Shown here piece after piece: positions 1 to 8,109 of a stretch of DNA of 24,218 bases. The DNA is from a virus (lineage: Duplodnaviria > Caudoviricetes). The stretch lies in the IMG/VR virus record IMGVR_UViG_3300049924_000080, positions 1-24,218 of that record; one strand, given 5' to 3'. Under the pieces are notes generated by a model that saw nothing but the letters and a program-made list of their open reading frames with translations, ran no database searches and was not told the origin of the DNA. A program made the position numbers and the translations under genes. The number at the start of each line of letters is the position of its first letter. The first letter of the stretch is position 1.

Positions 1-129
1 GAATGAGAAATTCCCATCCGAGTAAAGCGTGGCTTTGCTAATCGCACAGGCTTCGCTAACGGTGACGGTCTTACCTTGGCACTGTGTCACCACCGCCATA
101 ACAGTAACGAGTAAAGTTACCTTAATCAT
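1..129 (-). CDS. Putative o-spanin (Rz1-like outer-membrane lipoprotein), runs off the window's left edge
   Basis: Not in the ORF track. My translation from ATG at 129 gives MIKVTLLVTVMAVVTQCQGKTVTVSEACAISKATLYSDGNFSF..., i.e. Lys, a hydrophobic stretch, then Cys17 in a lipobox-like VTQC. ATGA overlap with the upstream gene; follows endolysin, holin and i-spanin candidates. Confidence 0.65.
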   Translation of the reverse strand, partial: MIKVTLLVTVMAVVTQCQGKTVTVSEACAISKATLYSDGNFSF

Positions 130-347
130 TCCTCCAAATCCCTTCTGAGTTCTTCCAGCGTTTTCTTTTTCGCTTTGGTGAGTTCCGCTTCGGCAGCCTT
201 CACCCGTACCTGCATTTCAGCAAGCGAGTCAGCCATTGCTTTGCGGTAGCCCGAGGCTTCCCACTCTTTCTGGCTGATCCGTTGGGTAATCCAGTTGACA
301 AACTTCATAAGTAGAAGCGCCAACTGGATTGCTTTTATTGCTGTCAC
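126..347 (-). CDS. Putative i-spanin (Rz-like), 73 aa
   Basis: GTG start overlapping the previous stop. N-terminal hydrophobic segment followed by an Ala/Glu/Lys-rich helical coiled coil; sits between the holin candidate and a lipoprotein. Confidence 0.6.
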   Translation of the reverse strand: MTAIKAIQLALLLMKFVNWITQRISQKEWEASGYRKAMADSLAEMQVRVKAAEAELTKAKKKTLEELRRDLEE

Positions 348-649
348 GTAGAGGAAACCTGCTTAAGCGTCACAGTGCCAGGCTGATCAGTCGGCGTAAT
401 AACGGCAGTGCCGCCGAACAAGTTCCGCAAGAACCCACCTGGCCGCAACAACTTCATCACGAACAGCAGCCCTCCAAAGAACATCGCTGCATACACCGAG
501 TACTCAGGCGGGAGCCAAGAGATAGCACACGTAGCCTGAAAGTCTTCTTTGCCTGGCACACAGCCAAGGCTCGCCATAAACCCTGACAGCACAGTGAGCA
601 TCGCGGTGATCGTACCGATGCTGTTGGTAAATTTATTAGTCCAGTCCAT
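344..649 (-). CDS. Holin-like membrane protein, 101 aa
   Basis: Strong SD (AAGGAG). Two hydrophobic segments (IGTITAMLTVLSGFMASLG; SVYAAMFFGGLLFVM); directly downstream of the endolysin. Confidence 0.55.
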   Translation of the reverse strand: MDWTNKFTNSIGTITAMLTVLSGFMASLGCVPGKEDFQATCAISWLPPEYSVYAAMFFGGLLFVMKLLRPGGFLRNLFGGTAVITPTDQPGTVTLKQVSST

Positions 650-666
650 ATTTCACTCCTTATCGA

Positions 667-685
667 AAATCCGTGTTCCCCACGG
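667..685 (-). terminator. Short GC-rich hairpin followed by a weak U-tract (possible attenuator) between endolysin and holin
   Basis: Minus-strand CCGUG-GGGAA-CACGG followed by AUUUU, in one of the few sizeable intergenic gaps. Confidence 0.3.
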
Positions 686-695
686 CGGGCAGTTC

Positions 696-1094
696 TCAGG
701 GATATTTCGCCCATGGTAGTTGAAAGTGCGGGCCATCCTTGAAGTTTTTCCAATCGCCGCCCCACTCGATAGACACGCCAACTTCCTTCGCCGCTTGCTT
801 CATGGCTTTAGCTAACCTGTGGAATAACGGCCAATCCCAACGCAGTTTTCCATTGATCGTTGCTGCCAAATCAACTGCATGGCTAAGGCCGTTCGTCTTT
901 CCAGGCAAATGCCGACTTCGCATAGTTTTGCTGGCACCCTTGGCGACCAGCACTTTCTGCTCGGCAAGAGTCCGAATGCCGCAAGTAATGATGAAGTCAG
1001 TGTCAGTGAGCTTAACCGCTCGCATAACTACCTTCACCAAATCCGGATGAACCTTTTGCAGTTTCGCCAATGAAGCCTTATTTAATTCTTTCAT
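696..1094 (-). CDS. Endolysin, peptidase M15 family (L-Ala-D-Glu endopeptidase type)
   Basis: Motifs VHPDL, GIRTLAEQ, SRH-x-HAVD (Zn ligands) and WGGDWKNFKDGPHFQL, typical of T5-like/PLY500-like M15 endolysins. SD GAGGTG; no signal peptide. Confidence 0.93.
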   Translation of the reverse strand: MKELNKASLAKLQKVHPDLVKVVMRAVKLTDTDFIITCGIRTLAEQKVLVAKGASKTMRSRHLPGKTNGLSHAVDLAATINGKLRWDWPLFHRLAKAMKQAAKEVGVSIEWGGDWKNFKDGPHFQLPWAKYP

Positions 1095-1098
1095 TCAA

Positions 1099-1329
1099 TC
1101 ACCTCATTTCAGAATAAATCACCACAGTTAAAACGGTCGGGATCGACCATTCCCCAACACACTGCTTTCGGAGTATTAAATCCGAAAGTGAGTGTCGATG
1201 CTGCCAAGCCTCCCGCAGGAACCAAACAACATTGATCGCCATGTACTCTCTCGGCAGACCAAACACAAGCACAATCGTGCATATAAGAAGCGCCCCTAGC
1301 ACGTGTAGTGTAATGTCAAACCAATCCAT
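1099..1329 (-). CDS. Small hypothetical membrane protein, 76 aa
   Basis: Two or three hydrophobic segments with H, RE..QH and EW..P polar motifs; fills the gap between the 109-aa gene and the endolysin. Confidence 0.6.
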   Translation of the reverse strand: MDWFDITLHVLGALLICTIVLVFGLPREYMAINVVWFLREAWQHRHSLSDLILRKQCVGEWSIPTVLTVVIYSEMR

Positions 1330-1645
1330 CAGAAGCTACTACATTTTCTTTTACAGGAGCTGCTACAATTTCCTCCACAACAGGTTCAAGAATTTCCTCT
1401 ACGACCGGATCAGGAACCTCATCGACAAGAGCCGCCAAAGCAGTACTTGCTTCTGCCAGCTTCGCTGTCCAGCTTACTACATCATTCTGAAGTTGAAGAA
1501 TTTGGGCATTTAATTCTTCGAGCCGAATTTTAGCTATCTTCTGCCGATCACTGATCGTCGCAATAAGCTCAACAACGGAACTTTCTGAAAGCCCTGTTGA
1601 AGTAGTAATCTGTTGAACCATTGACTCTTTTGGAACGTGTTTCAT
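1316..1645 (-). CDS. Hypothetical coiled-coil protein with acidic PVVEEI-repeat tail, 109 aa
   Basis: SD AAAGGA; heptad region (LEELNAQILQLQNDV); co-oriented with neighbours. Confidence 0.7.
   Translation of the reverse strand: MKHVPKESMVQQITTSTGLSESSVVELIATISDRQKIAKIRLEELNAQILQLQNDVVSWTAKLAEASTALAALVDEVPDPVVEEILEPVVEEIVAAPVKENVVASDGLV
1367..1408. repeat. Imperfect 18-nt direct repeat with 24-nt period, encoding PVVEEI twice
   Basis: aatttcctccacaacagg (1367-1384) versus aatttcctctacgaccgg (1391-1408). Confidence 0.75.
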
Positions 1646-1672
1646 ATTGTAGTCCTTTCTGTTGAAAAATTA

Positions 1673-2359
1673 TTATGGTCCCCATGTTGCGCCAGTAAAG
1701 CCCGCGTTCGTGCCGCCTGCCGACCATGTGAGCGTGTAGTCGTCTGTTGTCGTTGTGGCAGTGTTCAAATGGTAGCTGTGGTGGCATAAAGAATTACTTT
1801 CAATCACCGTGTCAACTGCCTCAATAACAGTCTCCGCCCCTGTTTGCGTGACAACAGCCGTGCCACTTGCAACGTTTTTGTGGCCGCACATAATGGTGAA
1901 GCCGCCATCTGTCTTTGCAAGACCAGTCAGCACCAGTGTTGTGCCGGAGCCTGTTGCATTCACAGTGTCAACGGGAGTTTGACTTGCGGGGTAAAGTGCA
2001 TAAACACCAATCAAACAGTTGGACTGATTTCCCGTGAACGTCACAACAACATTGCCTGTAGCATTGGCTGTGCTTGCCGCTCTCCAAATGCTCACATCAG
2101 TATTATCAAACGCAATGGCTGTGCCGACAACAGTTGCCGAGACGCCATCAACGGTCACGCTGCTTATGGAAGCTGTACCGAAGGACGTGACCGCGATAAC
2201 GTTCATACGTAGTGCATCGGGGGTGCCGAGGTCACAGGAAGTAAACGTGTAAGTCGTTCGATCAACAGTGTCACTGTACGACGCCCTGAAGCTCGGAGCT
2301 GGGGTTGCCCCAGCAGAGTTTGCCATAAAACCAGACAACTGTGTTACATGGAATGACAT
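1673..2359 (-). CDS. Thr/Gly/Ser-rich beta-strand protein, probable tail-fibre-associated or receptor-binding subunit, 228 aa
   Basis: TGATG coupling to the tail fibre stop; alternating beta-strand pattern; apparently two beta-sandwich halves. Confidence 0.6.
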   Translation of the reverse strand: MSFHVTQLSGFMANSAGATPAPSFRASYSDTVDRTTYTFTSCDLGTPDALRMNVIAVTSFGTASISSVTVDGVSATVVGTAIAFDNTDVSIWRAASTANATGNVVVTFTGNQSNCLIGVYALYPASQTPVDTVNATGSGTTLVLTGLAKTDGGFTIMCGHKNVASGTAVVTQTGAETVIEAVDTVIESNSLCHHSYHLNTATTTTDDYTLTWSAGGTNAGFTGATWGP

Positions 2360-4062
2360 CAGCTATCGCTCCCCGCATCTGTTGTGTAGTGGAGCTTGAC
2401 ACCATGCAGGCGAGCATCAATTGCCATAGTGTCCGAGCCGTCAGAAGGAACACGCTTGATTTGGAATACTACCCACTCCTCAGCAGTAGGAGAACCTGCT
2501 ATGGTAATAGCTGGGGTTTCAGAGGTTCGATATATATCGTTTGTGGTTCCCCCAGTGTCGGCAATTTGCTGTGCCGTTCCAAAAGCCGCATCGCCCGCAT
2601 CATCATCATTAAAGGCAACGGCCTCAATCGCCCACACAACGCCAAAGTTAACTGTAGTAGCTGCATGGGACCAAATGAACTGAGCAATGACCGTGCCTTC
2701 GTTCCAGCTCTTAGGCATTTGAATTGCGAACTGAGCAAACTCCTGCGTCGTGGTGTCGAAGTCCAACGTCTTGAACATTATTTTGTTGGTTGTAGTTTCT
2801 ACTGTGCCTGACGCTGCGCCGTTGGTTGTCCTCGAGGTCATGCCAGAGGCCGGAATCCATATTGTCTGCTTGCCAAGGATGTCACTCATAAACGCGAAGG
2901 TCTCACTGACTCCATTGATACGCATCAGTATGTCTGTTGAAGTGGACCAAATATCGCCATTGGTTGGAGAACTCGGCGCAACGCCTGCAGGAATATTAAA
3001 GCTCGGATTTGCGGTTGACCCTGTAAAGAGCGTAATAGTGCCGGAGAACGTGCCGCCCGAGGTGGGCATCATTGTTCTAGTGTTACCGTTGATCCGCACG
3101 AGGAATGAACTGCTTGTGGTCCAAATATCACCATTGACAGGGACGCTTGGTGCCACACCATGAGGCAGGTTAAGTCCCGCTGTGCCCGTAGCAGAGGCCA
3201 CCGTGGTCAGTAAGCCTGTCATAGTGCCACCAGCTTTAGCTAATAAATCACTAATCAGTGCCCCGCCATCCGCAATTAAATCGCCAGAAGTTCCATCGAA
3301 GATTGCAATTCTACTAGCAACAACCGAGCCTGGCCCAACAACATCACCAGTGCCGGAACCTGACGCTCCCGTAGGGCCAGTCAGATTATCAATTACCGAC
3401 CACACACCTGCGGCTTTGAAATAAACATCACCACCTCCAGTGTCTAGGTAATAGTCTCCATCTATGCCAGTTCCGCCGCCAGGCGCTCCACTGCCGTTAA
3501 ACCAAGTTGAGCCATCGGTTCCATTCGTACCACTTGGCCCCTGCAGATTATAAATAACGCTTCCCCAGCCTGCGCTGGTTTTCGGCCCGTACAAATCCCC
3601 ATTAGCGTCATTGATATAATAATCAGTGTGCTTTCCATCAGCCTCATCCGGAACCCCTGTTCCTGTCAGGATAATAGAGGCCCCGATAGTGGCGAGATAA
3701 TTATTTCGCTGGATCATCATCACGATCCGATCGAGTTGTTCTTCGATAGCTGTCGGATTAAACACTCCCTCACGCGTTAACACAAGGTCCTGCGTAAGCG
3801 GCACCACTCGATCGATCCGAAGTTTATACAGTGCGGAAAGGGGAGAGCCGCTTGGAAGGTAAGTTACCGTTCCGCCCCCGCTCTCCCCTGCCCCCGCAAC
3901 CGTATAATCAACAGCGGGAACAACCGTCTCTGCCGCAGTCGATATTAAAATACTCGTTACGACGAGATCGTCAGCATCGTAGAAAAGGAAAGGCACAGTG
4001 AAGACTGTCGTCACACCGTTCCCTGTAGCTATGACTGAAGCAGTCGAACTAGAAAGGCTCAT
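2359..4062 (-). CDS. Tail fibre protein with T7 gp17-like N-terminal attachment domain, 567 aa
   Basis: N-terminus GNGVTTVFTVPF...DDLVV...DY.V.G...GG.V...I.R.VP.TQ...IEEQLDRIVMMIQ matches the podovirus fibre anchor pattern. Gly-rich repeats and a globular C-terminal domain follow; located after the ejection proteins. Confidence 0.88.
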   Translation of the reverse strand: MSLSSSTASVIATGNGVTTVFTVPFLFYDADDLVVTSILISTAAETVVPAVDYTVAGAGESGGGTVTYLPSGSPLSALYKLRIDRVVPLTQDLVLTREGVFNPTAIEEQLDRIVMMIQRNNYLATIGASIILTGTGVPDEADGKHTDYYINDANGDLYGPKTSAGWGSVIYNLQGPSGTNGTDGSTWFNGSGAPGGGTGIDGDYYLDTGGGDVYFKAAGVWSVIDNLTGPTGASGSGTGDVVGPGSVVASRIAIFDGTSGDLIADGGALISDLLAKAGGTMTGLLTTVASATGTAGLNLPHGVAPSVPVNGDIWTTSSSFLVRINGNTRTMMPTSGGTFSGTITLFTGSTANPSFNIPAGVAPSSPTNGDIWSTSTDILMRINGVSETFAFMSDILGKQTIWIPASGMTSRTTNGAASGTVETTTNKIMFKTLDFDTTTQEFAQFAIQMPKSWNEGTVIAQFIWSHAATTVNFGVVWAIEAVAFNDDDAGDAAFGTAQQIADTGGTTNDIYRTSETPAITIAGSPTAEEWVVFQIKRVPSDGSDTMAIDARLHGVKLHYTTDAGSDS

Positions 4063-7000
4063 TTTTGTCTCCGATCAGGAAGAGGCGAAGCAGCCTCGAT
4101 TTTGTCAAGCAGTTGTCGGAAATAGAACAGGTTCTGATAAGGGAGCATTAAGCGAATTGAGTGAAGCGTGGCTTTCGTGGGCGCGTCTAAATCTTCTATA
4201 ACACGCATTGCTTTTTCAAGCAAGTCAAAAGATGGCCCAAGCACGGCCTCCGTCAGATCGCCTTGGCCCCGCCGAGTGGAAGCTTGCCCGCTGAAAGTGG
4301 CGTAATCACGGAGGATTGGGAGTTTTTCTGCGACTCGCTGTACCTGATCGAAAACGCCTGTGACGCCGGAACGACTGATGGCTTCGTCAGCCCACTTGCC
4401 CAGTCCCGCGTTACGCATTTTTGTCTCAGTCTCTCCACCAACCGCAACCGCATACAGGAAGTAAGATAAAGCCCCCAAACCGAGAGACAGAAAAATTCCA
4501 TTCACTGCCGCCATGTCGTGTTGCTGCAAGTTTGCCATCACAACCTTTTGGGTTGAGACCATGCCGTAGGATTTGAACTGCGCCAGCATCCGGTAGAACG
4601 TATTTTCGTCAGTCCAATTTGGTTTGCCGAGCCCTGGCGTCACGATCGTGGCATCGACTTCACCTACGAGCATCGCTCTATACGCCCGCTGGGCTCGCGC
4701 CACGAGTGGATCAGCAACGTCCCAGGACTCTGTATTCGGCAGCCACACGCCATTAACTTTGCCCCCGCCTTTACCATTCGTCACCTGCTTCCAAATCGTC
4801 TCAGCAATCTCAGCATCGATGTTGTTCTTCGCCAAAAACTCAACCGCTTTCTTTTCATTCCCTTTTTGCGCCTTCATCACGATGGCAATATTGTCGAGGG
4901 CTCGAGCGTTCACCACGCCCGCCGTGATCTGCTTCATGGCCGAGTTCCAGTGATCGAACCCTCCCCACACTCCAAGACGAGACGCGAGGAAATGTACCCC
5001 ACGCTCGACTTTAGTCCCTCTATGCGCATCATCAAAAATATCCGACATAGAGTACATGCGAGTGTGGAGTAACACATCGAGGGCAGTGCCCGCAAGTTGA
5101 GCCTCCCGCTGCGACATGCGGATGGTTTTGAAATCGGTAATCATCGGAAGCACTGCGTTCCGCATGGTGTTAGCTAGGCCATGCCGCATGACCACACGGC
5201 TCACATCGGGGATCGATGAGATCAGCACCCCGCCCATGAACCGAAGGTAGTTCAAATCCATGAGCATCTTGGCCCCACGATAGGACCACGCCTCCGGATC
5301 AGTCGGAACATTGCGAATGCCTCGCACACGCTCCAACATCACATAGAGGTCTTTGCGAGCGCTTTCATAGAAAGCCTCAAGCTTTTCATTCTCTTTGATG
5401 AGTTGCTCTGGCGTATATCTCGGCGTTCCGTCCTTCTTTTTGGCCTCGGCCAGCGCCTGGCTCATCTTAACTTTTTCATCAGTGAGGTCTTTGAATTCTT
5501 TCCCTGGGAGCATCTCGCCAAACACCCTCGCTAGTGAGATGTCCGCGCCAAGCGTCCGCGTGTAAGTGGCAATGACTTTCTCAATATCGGTCTCAAGGAA
5601 ATCCCCGATACTGTCCGATGGCACGGTTAGCATACGAGCAAGCTCTGGACCACGTTCGCCTCTGATAATATCATTGTAAGCAAGCCGCCGCTCGGAACCC
5701 AAGATTTTATTAATCACGGCCTCGGCGTCGTCACGAGCCTTCTCCGAGAAATCTGCAATCGCCCCGTTCATCGTGAGGGGCGCATTCGACACGGCTCCAC
5801 GCAGGTTCCAACGATCGACGAACTCAGTAGACCGTTCCTTCATCTTGCTCTCGAGGGCTTTCAACCGCGCTGCTCGTGCTTCAGGCGAAAGCTTCTCCGC
5901 TGCTGCCCACAGGCGCTCGGCCCGTAGCGTTCGCTTAGCGTTCAACTCCGCTGCAGTCTCTCCCAGCGTCCGCTTCATCTCGTCGAGGGCTTTTTCGAAT
6001 GAGACTCGATCGAAGTCCTCGATCCCATCCAGCTTCGAGTTAATCTTCTGCATACGCTCAAGTACTGTCGCCTGCTTGTCCATTTCCTTAAACGGAACCT
6101 CGGGCAAATTCTCGACATCGACTTTAGTGATCCGGTCTTCGAGGGAGTCGAATTTACCTGCCGCATCGGCGAGCTCAGCCTTAAGTTTCTTCACCGCTTT
6201 GCCGAGCGCCTCGGGCGAGGCCGATCTACCAAACGATCGCAGCTTTTCAATCTTAGCACTATAGCTGAGGATCGTATCGATCTGACCCTGCTCAAGGTCC
6301 TCAACCTTCCGCAGCTTCGCCTGCATCCGAGCGTCAACGCCTACGAAGGATTTCTTCAAGTTGTCGAGGTTCTTATTGATCGCCCGGACCTGTTGCCGGT
6401 ACTGGCCTAGGTCCTCACCGAGCACCTCCCCCAGATCGGACTGCTCTTTCGCATGAAGCTTCATCTGCTCATCGATCGCAGCAAGTCGACCAGCTCGAAG
6501 CGAGAACTCATTCGGGCTGTTGGTCCGAGTCGCCGCGAGAACTTCTCTCTCTTTACCCAGCGCTCGAAGGCTCTTCGAAAGCATACGATCGGCGGCGTCG
6601 GCTGCGAGTATATTCGGGTCAGTCTGCGTCTGAACGTCCTTCAGCCGTTGCTGGAGTACGGCTTTTTGCTTAGTAACTTCCTCTTCCGGCATAGTCCAGG
6701 TGTTTTTCCTAGCCGTATCCGCCTCTTGCCGAGCGACGAACTTTTCATTCGCCTTCACGAAGTCAGTCTCAAGCTGCATCTTATAGTGGTCGGCGAATAT
6801 CTTCGCCAGCTGTTGCCGCTTCTGCACAATCGCAACGTGATTGTAAACTCGCTGGGCGTATCGCTTGTCCCCTACAACTTTCTCGTCGCCTTTGTAAATA
6901 CCCACCTCAACGCCTTCTTTATAGAGTTTGTCGAAGACCTCTTTTTCAACGCCTTGAGCTGCTTTGCGTACTTCCGGCGCTGCCTGCTTTTCGAACCCGG

Positions 7001-8108
7001 TCCAAATATCTCGAATAATCGCTTGCTTAAATTCATCGTAGGACATCTTTCCCGCCAGCTTGGCGGCTAAGCCTGCACGGGTCGCTGGCATAAAGCCGGG
7101 CGAAGTTTTAGCATACTCCAAATAAGCGCCCTCAACGGCCATGTGAGCCTTGTAAGAGACGACTTGGTAGGTCTTTTTGAGGTTCTCAACGTTACCGCCC
7201 GGCGAAGCCGCAAGCCAGTCTTGGTTCTTCTGCAAAGCCAGATCGTCCTGAGAGAACCCCGCGGTGAACTTACGGATAGTCGGAGAGCCGCCTTGCTCTT
7301 TAACAAACGCAGGCGCGTTCCACTGTTGCAAGCCCCTGATGATTGGGTTCTGTGCGATCGGAAGCCTCGACAAAGCTTCCGCTCCCATCCCCTCAAGCTT
7401 CCCCACATCGCGGAGTGTGACGTTCTCAGCCGCGCTCAGGTCGCCGTGCATCGGCAGAGGCTTGGATATGTATTCTGTATCGGGTAAAGTATCGGTATCT
7501 AAAACTAGTTTATCCCATTCCTTCTTCGAGAGGGTGTGCGCGATGCCGCCGAGCACTCCGCCGAGGACGACCGAGGAACCAAGACTCATCGCAACTTCGC
7601 CCTTCGATCGGGTGAGTTGGTTGTTGTACAGGATCAATTCCTGCGCGCTGGCCCCAGCCAAGATCGAGGCCGCCCCCATAAGCACCGCCTTAGCTCCCGT
7701 AGCGCCTTTCCAAAACGGGATGAAAGTCGTAGGGCTCACCGCCCCCGACACTACCGACGCAGCAAAACCAGCGGCACCGCCTGCGTCGAGTATTCTTTTG
7801 TTCTCTTCTTCACGATGAACTTGTTCGATCTTCCAGTCCGTCTCAGCGGGGCTCTGTGATCCGAGGAACCTTTCCCCATTTTCAAGCAGGCCCTTTTTCT
7901 TAAGGTAATCAACCTCATCATAGTTGTCCACTGGTGGAAACTTCTGCCGATTGATATACTGCCCAACGTTGTAAATATCATTCTCTTGTTCCAGCGCAGC
8001 TCGGCCAATATCAGTCCAGGAAGAAGCAGGGCGATCAAGAATACCTCCATCGGTAGGAGCGCTGGGCGCGAAAAACGGGTCAGGGGATTGTTCTTCAAAT
8101 TGTGGCAT
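4059..8108 (-). CDS. Large internal virion / DNA ejection protein (T7 gp16 positional analogue), 1349 aa
   Basis: Large and alpha-helical, with Gly/Ala-rich hydrophobic segments near the N-terminus, a QFKSY motif and hydrophobic helix near the C-terminus; last gene before the tail fibre. Confidence 0.75.
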   Translation of the reverse strand: MPQFEEQSPDPFFAPSAPTDGGILDRPASSWTDIGRAALEQENDIYNVGQYINRQKFPPVDNYDEVDYLKKKGLLENGERFLGSQSPAETDWKIEQVHREEENKRILDAGGAAGFAASVVSGAVSPTTFIPFWKGATGAKAVLMGAASILAGASAQELILYNNQLTRSKGEVAMSLGSSVVLGGVLGGIAHTLSKKEWDKLVLDTDTLPDTEYISKPLPMHGDLSAAENVTLRDVGKLEGMGAEALSRLPIAQNPIIRGLQQWNAPAFVKEQGGSPTIRKFTAGFSQDDLALQKNQDWLAASPGGNVENLKKTYQVVSYKAHMAVEGAYLEYAKTSPGFMPATRAGLAAKLAGKMSYDEFKQAIIRDIWTGFEKQAAPEVRKAAQGVEKEVFDKLYKEGVEVGIYKGDEKVVGDKRYAQRVYNHVAIVQKRQQLAKIFADHYKMQLETDFVKANEKFVARQEADTARKNTWTMPEEEVTKQKAVLQQRLKDVQTQTDPNILAADAADRMLSKSLRALGKEREVLAATRTNSPNEFSLRAGRLAAIDEQMKLHAKEQSDLGEVLGEDLGQYRQQVRAINKNLDNLKKSFVGVDARMQAKLRKVEDLEQGQIDTILSYSAKIEKLRSFGRSASPEALGKAVKKLKAELADAAGKFDSLEDRITKVDVENLPEVPFKEMDKQATVLERMQKINSKLDGIEDFDRVSFEKALDEMKRTLGETAAELNAKRTLRAERLWAAAEKLSPEARAARLKALESKMKERSTEFVDRWNLRGAVSNAPLTMNGAIADFSEKARDDAEAVINKILGSERRLAYNDIIRGERGPELARMLTVPSDSIGDFLETDIEKVIATYTRTLGADISLARVFGEMLPGKEFKDLTDEKVKMSQALAEAKKKDGTPRYTPEQLIKENEKLEAFYESARKDLYVMLERVRGIRNVPTDPEAWSYRGAKMLMDLNYLRFMGGVLISSIPDVSRVVMRHGLANTMRNAVLPMITDFKTIRMSQREAQLAGTALDVLLHTRMYSMSDIFDDAHRGTKVERGVHFLASRLGVWGGFDHWNSAMKQITAGVVNARALDNIAIVMKAQKGNEKKAVEFLAKNNIDAEIAETIWKQVTNGKGGGKVNGVWLPNTESWDVADPLVARAQRAYRAMLVGEVDATIVTPGLGKPNWTDENTFYRMLAQFKSYGMVSTQKVVMANLQQHDMAAVNGIFLSLGLGALSYFLYAVAVGGETETKMRNAGLGKWADEAISRSGVTGVFDQVQRVAEKLPILRDYATFSGQASTRRGQGDLTEAVLGPSFDLLEKAMRVIEDLDAPTKATLHSIRLMLPYQNLFYFRQLLDKIEAASPLPDRRQK

Positions 8109-8109
8109 C

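Noticed and set aside
1673-4062. Diversity-generating retroelement, expected by analogy with BPP-1
   Set aside because: No reverse transcriptase and no near-identical TR/VR nucleotide pair with adenine-specific mismatches seen in the window. It cannot be excluded elsewhere in the genome.
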